Assembly: GCA_964016885.1 (NCBI GenBank)
Contig: OZ024748.1
Coordinates: forward strand, 15,748,001 to 15,812,000
Direction: 5' to 3'
DNA from: Eledone cirrhosa
Taxonomy: Eukaryota
Length of the DNA stretch: 64,000 nt
Shown: one piece after another, positions 27,315 to 41,058 of the stretch
How positions within the stretch are numbered: the first letter of the stretch is position 1
Layout: the number at the start of each line of letters is the position of its first letter
The notes under the pieces: model-generated
Databases searched by the model: none
The model's input: the letters and a program-made list of their open reading frames with translations, nothing else
What the model was told of the DNA's origin: nothing
Translations under genes and position numbers: made by a program

Positions 27315-27880
27315 GATGGCTGCAAATCGATTTCAAGTAATGTCATTGCTTGATACTTAAGCATGAGCATCATGGACGTGGCTTTTAATCCTGCTAGGGA
27401 CTTGCCTAGAACCAGCAATACTATGCGTTGCAAAAAAATGTCACATATCAAGCGATGCCTGTGCTTGAAGCTTTTTTAAGTGAGGAAAGACTTTGCACAG
27501 GGCCAATCCCACTCTCTGAACATCAAATGAATTTAACCAAAAAGTAGAACTAGTCTACATCATTGGATGCAAACGAAGTCACAGGTTTTATAACAGAGTG
27601 ACCTTCTGCTAGTCAGATGTCTTAACCCTTTAGCATTTAAACCGTCCATATCTGGCCAGAAATCTCTCACCTCTTTCTGTTCAAACTGCTGTAACTAGCT
27701 ATTCATAAAGAAATTAAGGTATTTCTCTTGAAATAAATAATATCAAAATCTCATATATTTGATATTATGTGAGATAATTATACAAGGTAAAGCCTTTAAC
27801 GTAAAAATACAATAGTAAATATAGAGTAATGCAAATGCTAAAGGGTTAATGAAGACTAGGAGTCTCTCACTCCACAAAAA
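27315..27880 (-). mobile_element. Internally deleted copy of the 30610-31441 element, interrupted by a MITE
   Basis: Reverse complement of 31260-31441 joined to 30785-30945. Confidence 0.8.
27626..27845 (+). mobile_element. piggyBac-type MITE, 220 bp
   Basis: 13-bp TIR ccctttagcattt / aaatgctaaaggg with TTAA on both sides (27622-25, 27846-49). Confidence 0.92.
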
Positions 27881-28398
27881 AAATAAAAACAGAAGAAAAA
27901 ATACATTGTGGTACCAGCACTACAAAGGCTGTCATATCTTTGACAAAACTGGAGGGTTCTATCAACCTTTTGTTTGACAAACTTTCCATGGCTGAATGAC
28001 CTTCCTATCACCAACCACTATAAAGTTGTACTAGGCACTTTTAGAACAGACCCTTTGTTTTGCAAGTTTTCTATGGCCACATGCCCTTTCTAATACCAAC
28101 CACTTTACAGTGAGTACTGTGTGTTTTGATCATGTAGATCACCAAACACCAGGGAGGTTATGTCTTTGACATAACTGGGAGGTCGAATCAACTTTTTGTT
28201 TAGCAAGGTTTGTTTGGCAAGTTTTCTACAGTCGGATGATCTTCATGACACTTTACAGCATGTACTGGGTGTGTTTAGCATGTACATCAACAACACTAGA
28301 GAGGCTGTCAGGTCCTTGACACAAGAGAAGGGTCCTCTCTCTCTCTATATATATATCTATCATCCTCTTTTAACATCCATCTTCCACACTAGCATGGG

Positions 28399-28440
<42 letters not shown>

Positions 28441-28677
28441 TCCTCATCACTGTTTAACGTCTATTTTTCCAAGCTTGTGTATGTTAGACAGGTTGTCCAC
28501 ATTATGAGACAAGTCTGGCATTGGGTGCACCATACCTTGCTCAAATGGAACTGTATTATGGCAGGGATTCTTACAGCTGGATGCGCTTCCTAACACCAAC
28601 CATGTTTATAGTGTGGAACTATATATATATATATATATATGATACTAATGCCTAATCTGAGCACTGGTAATATATAT

Positions 28678-28771
28678 AAGGACAAAGATCAACGGCTTGA
28701 TGTGAGTTGGCTTGAAAGAAGAAAGAGAAGATTTCGAGCCAACTCACATCAAGCCGCTGATCTCTGTCCTT
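28678..28771. repeat. 40-bp inverted repeat with 14-nt loop
   Basis: Arms at 28678-28717 and 28732-28771, 37/40 complementary. Confidence 0.95.
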
Positions 28772-29174
28772 CGAGGTAATATTTTACCCAATGCCGCTTT
28801 GACAGTATTTTGCTTTTTTAACAGCTTCCACGCGCCAAGTTTTCCTGAGAATCCCAATACAACGCATCTCAAAACTCTATTTTTGAGTTAATTTGTTTAT
28901 ACATGTATATGTTTTAAAAAACTATTCACAGACATTAAAGGAACTATTTGTTCAACATGACTGTTTGTTACATCTGTCTTACAATAGTAAGGTGGAGAAA
29001 GTAAATATTGATGTTCTTAACATACAACTGATTACATATTTTACTATCATCCTCTTCATTATCATCATTATTAGTCTTTTCATTATGTTGTCATTCTTCT
29101 TTGCGACCAACTTTTTTCTTCCCCATAATACCTTATTATCAACATTAATGTTAGCACAATTATTAATATTTTAT

Positions 29175-29998
29175 ATATATATATATATACACACATAATG
29201 TATACATACATATACAAACATATGCACCCAAAATATACATATATACATACACATATATGTACATATACACATATATACATACACATATGTACATATACAT
29301 ATGTACATATACATATGTACATATACATATGTACATATACATATATACATATACATATATACATATACATACATGTACATATACACACATATGTACATAC
29401 ACACATGTACATACACACATGTACATACACACATATGTACATACACACATATGTACATACACACATATGTACATACACACATATGTACATAAACACATAT
29501 GTACATACACACATATGTACATACACACATATGTACATACACACATATGTACATACACACATATGTACATACACACATATGTACATACACACATATGTAC
29601 ATACACACATATGTACATATACATATATGTACATATACATATATGTACATATACATATATGTACATATACATATATGTACATATACATATATGTACATAT
29701 ACATATATGTACATACACATATATATGTACATATACAAATATGTACATACACATATGTATATACACATATGTACATATACACATATGTACATATACACAT
29801 ATGTACATACACACATATGTACATACACACATATGTACATACACACATATGTACATACACACATATGTACATATACACATATGTACATACACACATATGT
29901 ACATACACACATATGTACATACACATATATGTACATATACACATATGTACATATACACATATGTACATACCTATATACATATATATATATATACATAC
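29175..29998. repeat. 16-bp microsatellite-derived tandem repeat
   Basis: Units of tgtacata(c/t)acacata. Source of the 250-290 aa YICVYVHM ORFs. Confidence 0.95.
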
Positions 29999-30609
29999 AG
30001 TAGTTGTTTTTTTTCATTTACGGTTTCCTTTCTGTGTTTCCTATTCTATATTCTATTATATTTTTTTTGTTTTCAATAAAAATTAATGTAATAACAGAAA
30101 TATAATGTTTTTAAACGAGAGTTAGAGAGAAAGAAGGAGGAAAAAACCCATTTCTTAGACAAATCTTGCTCAAATCATGACTGCCTGGAGACAACACAAA
30201 TGTAACGACCCCCACCCCCACCCCCCAATGATAAAGAAAACAATAAAACAACAAAAAATAACAAAGTAATGACAACTAGAATAATAATAATAATTTTAAA
30301 AAAATGATTATTTACTTATTACTTTTATTGGGGTTTTTTTGTAAAGAAACTGATTTCCTTCTGACATGTTTTTGAAGCAACAATTAAAGTGCATTATAGT
30401 AGTGGTGGTGGTAGTGGTGGTATAATGGTGATGGTGGTGGTAATGGTGATAGTGGTGGCAGTAGTGGTGGCGGTAGTGGTGGTGGTGGTGGTGGTGGTGG
30501 CAGTAGTGGTGGCGGTTGTCGTGGTGGTGGTAGTGGTAGTGGTGTTGGTGATGGTGGTAGTAGTAGTAGCAGTGGTAGTGGTGGTAGTAGCAGTATTAGT
30601 ATGAGGAGA

Positions 30610-31441
30610 GGAGTGAGATATATAACCTGTGCATGGTCGGGTTGTCGGCAACTAAACCGACAACCCCACCAAGCTTGCTTGTTGAGGAGGGTGATTTTGG
30701 ACACCTTGCGAAATGAAAAACAAAGCCCCTCAAAGGGCAGCGGAACTCATGAGAGTCAACAGCCATCCAATAAAGTATTCCTATTTTTTTGTGGAGCGTG
30801 AGACTCCTAGTCTTCTTCATTAAGACATCTCTCTAGCAGGAGGCCACTCTGATGTAAAACCTGAGACTTCATTTGCATCTAATGATGTAGACCAGTTTTA
30901 CTTTTGGGGCAAATGCATTTGATGTTCAGAGATTGGGATTGACCTTGTAACGGGCACGTCTGGGTCACCAATGTGACAGGACCAGTAAAGTGAAATCAGT
31001 TATGAGCCAGTGCTCGGCCAACACTATCCTTGTGGCTTCGGCATAGGAGTTCAGTGTATTGACATCTGTGTGATCTCGTGGTCCAAAGGCTGTCTGCTGT
31101 TTCATGGTACAAAGGCCGTCTGCTGTTTGCTGTCTCCGTGGCTTGTCTGAGAAAGTAATACTGCTGCTTACTTAAATAGTGTTCTCAACCAGGGGGAGAC
31201 AACTAGGCCTGGTTCATTATCCGACAGGGGAGCATAAGGCGTCTTACTACAACCTCATGCAAAGCCTTTCCTCACTTAAAAACGTTTCAAGGACAGGCAT
31301 CACTTGATATTCAGTATTTTTTGCAATGCATGGCATGGCTGGCCATAGGCAAGTCCCTAGCAGAACTAAAAAGCAACATCAGTGATGCTCATGCTTAAGT
31401 ATCAAGTGATGGCATTACTCATAATTGAATTGCAGCCATCT
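30610..31441 (+). mobile_element. Unclassified interspersed repeat, about 830 bp, resembling an RTE-type 5' region
   Basis: GC-richer than its surroundings, bounded by microsatellites, with a second copy at 27315-27880 and a 10-bp hairpin at 30639-30666. The RTE assignment is from memory only. Confidence 0.55.
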
Positions 31442-31816
31442 CACACATACACACACATTATATATATATAGACAGTCCTATACGAGCAGGACAACCAATC
31501 TTGCCTCAAGTGGGAAAACTCCCGTCCAAACCCATGCAAGCGTGGAAGATGGACGTTCAACGATGATAATGATGATGATGACGATGATGATATATATATA
31601 TTACATACACACACACACAATCATCATCATCATCATCATCTTCGTTTAACGTCCATTTTCCACGCTAGCATGGGTTACATACACACACACACACATAAAT
31701 CAGGATAGAACCAGTTTAAAACTAGTTAGACCATTACACAGAGTACTCAATACTTGGGGTAGTAGAATATGGCGATATTATAAAGAGTCGGGAGTGAACT
31801 CTTCATATATATATAT

Positions 31817-31855
<39 letters not shown>

Positions 31856-32019
31856 AATATATATATATAATTATTATTTCAAAGTAAAGGGTGTCATGAA
31901 TGATACAATCTAACATATGTCTTGTCTCTAAAAACAGCTGAAGATAGAATTCAGAGAATAAAATCGAGCCTTAATCATTATCAGAAAGTGAATGAAACTG
32001 CAGTAAAGATGAAATTAAT

Positions 32020-32203
32020 TGTTTCTACTTTTGGCACAAGGCCAGCAATTACCCAGTGCATTACTGGTACTTTATTTTATCGACCCCGTAAGGATGAAAG
32101 GCAAAGTCAACCTCGGCGGGATTTGAACTCAGATCGTAAAGGGACGTAACTATGCTGGAAAGCATGGCGTCCGACCCTCTACCGATACTGCCAATCCACC
32201 GCC
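32020..32203 (-). mobile_element. SINE family A, young copy with 19-bp TSD
   Basis: cagtaaagatgaaattaat at 32001-32019 and 32204-32222. Confidence 0.95.
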
Positions 32204-32594
32204 CAGTAAAGATGAAATTAATGGTGAAGCTTTCTTGTTTTAGGATGCTTTACTAGGAATCTACTCATAATTAACTGTGCAGAAGTTATTCTATATTTAT
32301 ATTTACGTACATATTTATATATGTGTGAGAATGTATGAAGGAATGTGGTCAACTGATTATAGTGTGCTGACCTCTAAAAACCCACACAAGGAGTACCATA
32401 AAAAAGAGTGGCCCAAAACATGGAGAATTTAGCCAAAATGGGTGGGGGGTTACATAATGAAAGCTATATCCATTTTCACAAGAGAAGATGTCGCTCACCC
32501 ACTCCAAATTGGGTGGGAGATATCCACCATCAGAAGGGAAAGTCGACAGGTCTGCTTATAATCATAAAGAGAAAGGTTTAACTCCATTACTGAG

Positions 32595-32637
<43 letters not shown>

Positions 32638-34225
32638 TATATAGGTTTCGGCCAGTATTAGCCTAGGTCATGTCTAACTTAATCGCACCACCTGGTAACG
32701 TCTTTCAAATCAGGATTTGGACACCATAGCTCACTCAGAATTATTGTTTACAGAGATATATCCTGGTTTAGGGGCTTCATCTGGGATCTCTTGGAGGAAT
32801 TTCTCCAAAGACTATATATATATATATATATTTACTAAATATTCTTCTAAATTATACATATATATATATACATACACACACCCACATACATACACACACA
32901 CATATACACACACACACATATATACACATACACACATACATTCACAAATATATATATAGAGAGATATATGTACACTATATATATATATATTCTGGGTGTT
33001 ATTAATATGTCTCAGTTGTGTAAGAAATATTTAATCTCCAGTGGATTATATATATTTTCTAAGCTGATTAGGAAGCCTTCAGTTATATAGCCAATGTATT
33101 AACATATCTTCTACTTGCATCAATATTGCATTAAAGAGGGTGTTTGGTTTTCTTGTAGCTGTAAATAGTATACGAGACATTGATGAAAATAACACGTGTG
33201 TCTGTGTGTCTATGTGTATATATATAGATATTCACACATATATATATATATATACATATATACAAACATATATATATATACATAGATATGTGTGTGTGTG
33301 TGTATACATATATAGACACACACACATATAGACATACATAGATATTCACATATTTGTATATACACATATTCACACATATTTGTATATATACATATATACA
33401 CACATATTCACACATATTTGTATATATACATATATATACATATAGATATTCACACATTTATATATATACATATATACACATATTTGTATATACACATATA
33501 TACACATATATTCACACATATTTGTATATATACATATAGATATTCACACATTTGTATATATACATATATACACATACATACACATATATATATACCCGTA
33601 CACACATACATACACACACACATACTTATTAGTGTGCTTATCAGATAAATCAATAGACATTAAAATGAAAACAAAGTAAAAAAGACAAAAACACAGGAAA
33701 TTTAAGTGTCTTTCATTTCTAGATTTGTTATTTTTTTCTATTAAGATTAGGTTATTGTTTTGAAAGTGTTTATGTAAGATGGTTGAATGCTTTGTTTCAT
33801 TCTTCAGTATGTGTGTGTGTGTATAATAATAATAATGAAATTGTGTAAAGTGCATATGTATGTGTATATACATATATATATATAAATGTATATATAATCC
33901 GCCAATATTTTACACAAAGAAACACATACATATATTTACATGTGTGTATATATAAGTATATACATTGTGTGTATGTGTAAGTAAAGATATATTTTGTCTG
34001 ACACATAAATTTTATATTACCAGCTATCATTATTTTCAGACAAATTTTCTGGAAAATAAAAATAAAAATTTAAAAAAATATAATAAAAAAAGGAAATTAT
34101 TCCCTTCCTTCAGAATGTAATTGAATAACAAAGCATTGTAATATAAACCTATAAAATATGATAAGGTATTTTTATATTAACATAAAATACGAAAAGAAAA
34201 CTGGTCTCCCTTCTTTAACTCTTAA

Positions 34226-34430
34226 CCCTTTAGCATTTACATTACCCTATGTTTACTATTATATTTTCACAGTAAAGCTTTTATCTCACATAAAATCGAA
34301 TCTATGAGATTTTGATATTTATTTTGAGAACAATACCTTAACATCAGTATGAGTGGCTAGTTATAGCCACTTTAAACAAAAAGGGGTGAGAGAATTTTGA
34401 CCGGATACAGCCAGTTTAAATGCTAAAGTG
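34226..34430 (-). mobile_element. piggyBac-type MITE (same family as 27626)
   Basis: TTAA-ccctttagcattt ... aaatgctaaagtg-TTAA. The body is the reverse complement of 27626-27845. Confidence 0.88.
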
Positions 34431-35406
34431 TTAATATATTCTACTGTATGAAACCACATTAGTGACACATTCTTGTAAAGTACAACAGTACAAAACAATA
34501 TGCCTTCTCATAAAATATTAAAAACATTTGAATTAACAAACCACATGAAACTACATAAAGATATTCTTGAAAAGTACAAAACATTACTGAACTATTGACT
34601 GAAATATTCACAACAATCCGTCTAGATACTAGTAACATGCTATAAACATTTGAATTAAACCACATGAAACTGCATTAGCAAAATATTCTTGAAAAGTAGA
34701 AAACAGCACTATGTGGGCATTGCAGTCCACATTCAACAAATTTTCCCAATGATCTAGCAATCGACTAGTAATAATTAAAGATACTATAAACATTTGAATC
34801 GACAAACCTATTTTTAGATATTCTATTATTAAAGAGTAAATAGATACTTGAAGTATATAGATATGAAGGTGTGTGGCTGAGTGGTTAGAGAATTTGATTT
34901 GCAATCGTGAGGTTGTGAGTTCAATTCCCAGACCGGGCAATGTGGTATGTCCTTGAGCAAGACATTTTATTTCACGTTGCTCCTTCTACCTGGAGTTGCG
35001 ACCAATAGATAGTATTAGCAATTGGAAAGACCAATGGAAACATTGTGTCCTCAGTCCGATTTCACAAAAGTCAATCGTTCCTTTTGTAGATACTTTTGTT
35101 TTCTTGTATATGGCTTGTTGAATAAACATTTTCAAAACAAGAAAATAAAATAATGGTTTCTGATTTAGGCACAAAACCAACAAATTTGGGGGAGGATAAT
35201 GTTAATTAAATCAACCCCAATGCATTACTGGTACATTATTTTATCAACCCCCATAAGGAGGACATGCAAAGCTAACCTCGGGAGTATTTGAATTAAGAAT
35301 GTAGAAAAATTGAAAATTGTTTTCATCAATCTACACAACATCATATTCAGTGAAATTTCCTCTATATCTATCTCTATCTCTATCTATATATATATATAAC
35401 CTGTCT

Positions 35407-35743
35407 GGAGGCACATGGCTTAGTGGTTAGAGCATTGGGCTTGCAATCGAAAGGTTGTAAGTTCAATTCTCAGACCGGGTGATGTGTTGTTTCCTTGAGC
35501 AAGACACTTTATTTCACACTGCTCCAGTTTACTCAGCTGTAGAAATGAGATGATAGGGACTGAGGTCCCTATCATTCCACTGAAAAGTGGTCTTGGAGGT
35601 TCCACGGCAAAAAAACACCCAGCACTCACTGTAAATGAGGTTGGTGTTAGGAAGGGCATCCAGCTGTAGAAGTCAAGCCAGAATTAGTCCCGTCCCACCC
35701 TTGCATGCAGGGAAAAATCGGACGTAAAAATGGTGATGATGAT
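35407..35743 (+). mobile_element. SINE family B, full length
   Basis: A-box tggcttagtgg, B-box gttcaattc, 'ccttgagcaagacacttta', internal palindrome atgatagggac-tgag-gtccctatcat, tail 'ggaagggcatccagctgtaga...ggacgtaaaaatggtgatgat'. Confidence 0.93.
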
Positions 35744-37297
35744 ATATATATATATATATATAACTAAATTCAAGATTACCTACCCTTAGAAACCTCTCCT
35801 ATATTTTCTAAAAGCCCATCTATGTGGGGTAGTCATCTGTTTATATAATAGGCTGAATGGGTTGGTGTGTATAATTCAACAAAACTTAAGTACCTGTATA
35901 TGCCACTGTTGTAACTAATTATTTATATATATATAAGGATTGTAGATACATTTTTATACACACACCTGTGTGTGTTTATATATATATATTACTCAGCTGT
36001 AGAAATGAATTGTAATGTCACTGGTGCCAAGCTGCATCACCTTAGCCTTTCCCTTGGACAACATCAGTAGCATGGAGAGAGGAGACTGTTGGTCTTCCAC
36101 AAACAAGCTTGCCCAAGCTTGCACCTCAAAAGGAGAGCTTTATAAGTGAAAATCATATGGTCATTCGTGACCAAAGGTGATCTTTACATTCACACACACA
36201 CATTATATATATATACTCTAGACATTTCTGCCTCTCAATATCTAAAATATTTGTGGTTCATTTTTATAGTCATTTGTTTTCACTTTTTTTTTTTAAAAAG
36301 TGGACTAATTTTAATTAATATTCCGATAATAATTCATTAAGAAGTGGGGGAAAAAATGTTTTAATTTGGTATTTCAACTGATAATTAAGTAAATCAACTC
36401 CAATAAATATTAATTACAAATAAATAAATTGAATTTGTCCAACTGATTCTTCATCATACTAAAAGATACTGCACTTTGCTGCATTTTGAAATGATGATGA
36501 TAATAATAATAAAATAACAATAATAAAAATAACAATAATAAATTCATAAGTTATGATGGAAGAAATGAGATACCATTTCGAAAATGGGAATGAGGGCTGT
36601 TTCTATATTTAATTATGAAGTCATAGAGAATAAATTCAAGAGAAAAATCTATGAAAACTATCTTTGAGAGACTCATTTATGAAAATTGCTCTAATTACTT
36701 ATAAATTAATTCCCTTCTATCTATTAATATAATTCCTTTGTATCTTCTAAACTATGCAGTCTTGCCTACACCTCTGGATATATGTGAATGTTTGATGTAT
36801 ATATATATGTGTGAATGTGTGCTGCATATATGTGTGATATATTTTCTGTGTGATCTATGTGTATATGCATTTATGTACGTATGATGAGTATATGTACGTA
36901 TTTATGTGCGTATTTATGTACATATGATGAGTATAAATATGTATATATTTATGTACAAATGTACATAAATATGTACATTTGTATGTATTTATCTATGTAA
37001 GTAAGTATGTAAGAATGTGTGATGTATGTAAGTACATATATGTATATATGTATTAAAGTTAAGGTATTACACACTTTATATCTGTACTTATCTATGGATT
37101 AGATAATATGACCTGGTTTGCAAACATCTTCAAATATTGATGTTTTACAAAACCATGTCATAATATTTATTACTGGTAAACAGCTAACAGTCAAAATATT
37201 ACATCTACAAGAAATGACCCAACAAACATTAATTTTTAATAAAATTAAAATCAACTCAAATTGTTTGGCCACATCAAATGCTCAAATTGTGGCCTCC

Positions 37298-37585
37298 CTA
37301 AAAACCTTGTGGTCTAGTAGTAAGGGTGTTGGGCTTACAATCATAATGTGATGGGTTCGATTCTTCGACAGGATTGTGTGGTGTTCTTGAGAAAAATACT
37401 TCATTTCCTGTTGCTCCAGTATACCCAGATGAAAATGAGATACACCAGCAGTAGCTGGGGGGTTAACCCTGCAACGGACTGGCATCCTGTTCAGGGAGGG
37501 AGTGTTGTCATCTCAGTCACTTAATACCACGGAAACCAAGATAAGCATGTGCCTGATGAGCCTTTGGCCTTAAGACATTCTTTAA
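37298..37585 (+). mobile_element. SINE family C
   Basis: tRNA-like head 'tggtctagtagtaagg...gggttcgattc' with the same body as 14690-14900. Confidence 0.8.
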
Positions 37586-38208
37586 CCCAGCATTGGACTG
37601 GCCTCCTGTTCTGAGCTGAGTCTTGTACTCTCAGCCACTAAATGCTATGGAAAGCGGGGTAAGCACTGACCTGAGCTTAAGAGAGACTTTAACCCTATGT
37701 TGGTCTGGCCTCTAGTGCTCTCAGTCACTTAACACAATGGAAAGCTGGATAAGCACTGACCTGAGCTTAAGAGAGACTTTAACCCTGTGTTGGTCTGGCC
37801 TCTAGTGCTCTCAGCCACTTAACACAATGGAAAGCTGGATAAGCACTGACCTGAGCTTAAGAGAGACTTTAACCCTGTGTTGGTCTGGCCTCTAGTGCTC
37901 TCAGCCACTTAACACAATGGAAAGCTGGATAAGCACTGACCTGAGCTTAAGAGAGACTTTAACCCTGTGTTGGTCTGGCCTCTAGTGCTCTCAGTCACTT
38001 AACACAATGGAAAGCTGGATAAGCACTGACCTGAGCTTAAGAGAGACTTTAACCCTATGTTGGTCTGGCCTCTAGTGCTCTCAGTCACTTAACACAATGG
38101 AAAGCTGGATAAGCACTGACCTGAGCTTAAGAGAGACTTTAACCCTGTGTTGGTCTGGCCTCTAGTGCTCTCAGCCACTTAACACAATGGAAAGCTGGAT
38201 AAGCACTG
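37580..38208. repeat. 90-bp tandem repeat, about 7 units, derived from the SINE-C 3' part
   Basis: Unit aagcactgacctgagcttaagagagactttaaccctgtgttggtctggcctctagtgctctcagccacttaacacaatggaaagctggat. Confidence 0.95.
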
Positions 38209-38410
38209 GGCTGTTGAACCTTCAGAGTCAAGGCACTTTAGACATTTAATCCCTGCTAAGAAAATTTAAGGATCACTCAATGTTAAATAGAGGGATCTGA
38301 TCCTAAAATTCTCTAAGTCATGGGGTCAACTCAATGTAATAACAATATATAGGAATAAAATGAGAGAATATGTACATGACATTTAATACTCTGTTGTAGG
38401 CAGATCCAAT

Positions 38411-38414
<4 letters not shown>

Positions 38415-38475
<61 letters not shown>

Positions 38476-38570
38476 TGTGTGTGTGTGGGTGTGTGTGTGT
38501 GCGCGTGTGCGTGTGCGTGTGTGTTTGTGTGTGTTTGTGTGTGTGTGCGCGCGCGCGCGCACGTGCGTGT
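38415..38570. repeat. (GA)n then (GT/GC)n microsatellite
   Basis: Direct inspection. Confidence 0.97.
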
Positions 38571-40481
38571 CAAAGTCATTTCTATATATATATGCACACA
38601 CACACATACACACACACACATACACACACACATATATTCCCTTTTCCATATAAAGCATGAAACTAATAATACTTCTAATGTCTCCTTGAACTATATACAT
38701 TTATACATAATATATATAATACACACACATATATATATACATACATATATATATATACATACAAACACATATATACACACATACATATATATATACATAC
38801 ACACTCATATATACACATATATATATATACACACACTCATATATACACACATATATATATACACACACTCATATATACACACATATATATATACACATAC
38901 ACACATATACACACACATATATATATATATATACCACACACACATATATATATATATACACACACATACATACACACACATATATACATACACTCTCACA
39001 CGTCAGCAATGCTAAATAAGATGCCACTTCCTCCATTTTCAACATTTTTAATATCAATTCTATTCAATAATCCTTAATAGTTCCATTGTAAATTTCCTTT
39101 AATTTTCTCCTAAAATCCTCTCAAACTCACATCCTTCAGTTATACTTTCTGCTATTCGCTTCTCTTCTCCATCAATCTTAGTTTTATCAATGCTTGTTTA
39201 ATAAAGACTAATAATGATGCTATTGTTGTTTCTTGGTCACCTTTTCTCATCAAGTGTTCATACATTTTTCTTTTTTCCTTCAAAGTGCCATTTCTATCTA
39301 GTAATCCATTAATTTACCTCGTTACATTATCACATAACCTAGGCATTTCCTTATGGCTGCTGATGTTGGATCTGTTGATATTGGATTTGCTGATGTTGGA
39401 TCTGCTGATCCTGGATCAGTCAAATCAGTTAACAGCATGTAAACATATAAAGTTGACTGATCTGAGCAGACATTCAAAATTTAATAAATGTTTATTAAAT
39501 ATACATTTCCCACCTGTTGCATGACCAGTCCATAATGTTTTATATTAGACATGTGGTAAAATATTTTAATTACCCTTTTAATTTAAAACTACCCAAATCT
39601 GCTCCTGTTTCTAACATTTCTTTTACCTCATGGAAGAATGACTGTAAAAGATGAAAATGATGATAACCTTTTTAATTTGACATAAGAACCTTTGATACGT
39701 TATTTTCCAAAAGCCAGCTAAGTAAAAAAGAAAGATATATTACTAAATCCATCTAAATTTGTGATAATTTCTAATGTTTTTTTTAATATCATAGGCAGTG
39801 TCTTTCATTAGAAATATGATAACGAAATAGTTAGGGATTAACTCTTGACAAAAAACTGCCTAAAACTGACACTCGTTTTACAATACAAAACTAATTGTTT
39901 AAATATGTTTATATCTATGTAAAAACCTTCCATCATAATTTTATTTAAGAACCTTTAAGTTATATTTCCAAACACCATTTTCAAATTTTATGGCTTCAAA
40001 CTATAATTTTAAAATATAATATCTCTGACAATCAAATAAAATACTTATCCATCTATCTAATTGTCTTCCTGCAGACAATTTCTCAGTCTTTTATAAATCT
40101 GAATTCTTTATATAAAAGTTAAAACATTTTAAAAAAAACAACAGCATTATTTTTATTGATTTTTGCAGATTTTCTAAACATTAATTAAATTAAATTGCTA
40201 AAAGGACAAAAATTATTCCAACGAAATTTCTTTAGAAACCCAAAAGAAATTAAATTTACTTTGGTTTAAAAAAGATTTGTCACCAGGGGGAATATTTGAT
40301 GTCTGCAATTATTGGAATTACCAAAGTGAAATGTTACCTTCCATCTTGTGTGATTAAACAAAAATAGAATGCTTCAATTACATGATTATAGTTTTTGAAA
40401 ACTGATAGAAAATAGATCAATCATACAGCATAGTGAAAATAGCAATGTGAAAGATGGGACTTGGCGCTGCGGTCGGGATTT

Positions 40482-40540
<59 letters not shown>

Positions 40541-40629
40541 ATAATAATAAAATTGAAGACTAAAATCACAGCTTCAAATTTAGCTAAACTACCTAGCCGT
40601 AGGAACACGTGCAACCCTGTAGTTAGTAC

Positions 40630-41058
40630 TAACTGTAATTGTAGGAATCGGCTGATTGCCCCCTATCCGGGAAATGCCTCTCTAGTAACATTGTCTACAA
40701 ATGTAAGGTTGTAACACCCACGTCCCGTAGGGCCTACATAGGGTTAACCGCCAATAGTTTCAAGCAGCGTCTTTACATGCATACCCATTCTTTTCGTTAC
40801 CCTTTAAGAATGAATATGACGTCACTTTCAGCTTATATCTGGAGTCTAAAAGACAACCACACCCAATATAAGTTACACTGGGAGATCCTAGCTAGGGCTA
40901 GATCGTATAATGGAAATAAAAGACCATGTGACCTCTGCGCCGCTGAGGCCCTGGAAATACTCTACGCCACAGACCACATCTTAAACAAAAAATCTGAGGC
41001 AATTTCGGCTTGTAAACATAAATTGCACAAAACTTTCCTGTATTACAGCCCCACGTGA
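40630..41058 (+). pseudogene. GIY-YIG endonuclease domain of a Penelope-like element (Naiad/Chlamys-like motif pattern), one frameshift
   Basis: CNCRNR-(frameshift near 40652)-DCPLSGKCLSSNIVYKCKVVTPTSRRAYIGLTANSFKQRLYMHTHSF...TSLSAYIWSLK...WEIL...CDLCAAEALEI...LNKKSEAISACKH. Confidence 0.9.

Noticed and set aside
35407-35480. SINE heads as tRNA genes
   Set aside because: A/B boxes are present but there is no complete cloverleaf, and each continues into a SINE body.
37545-37585. 'ctgatgag-cc...gg-ctcgaaa'-like motif in SINE-C tails (14868-14890, 37553-37575, about 42305-42335 on the - strand) as a hammerhead
   Set aside because: No stem III or NUH site can be formed and GAAA is present in only one copy; better explained as a SINE/LINE 3' stem-loop.
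39315-39445. Short ORFs over a 15-bp repeat (gctgatgttggatct)
   Set aside because: Open frames are explained by the 15-bp periodicity, and stops flank them closely.
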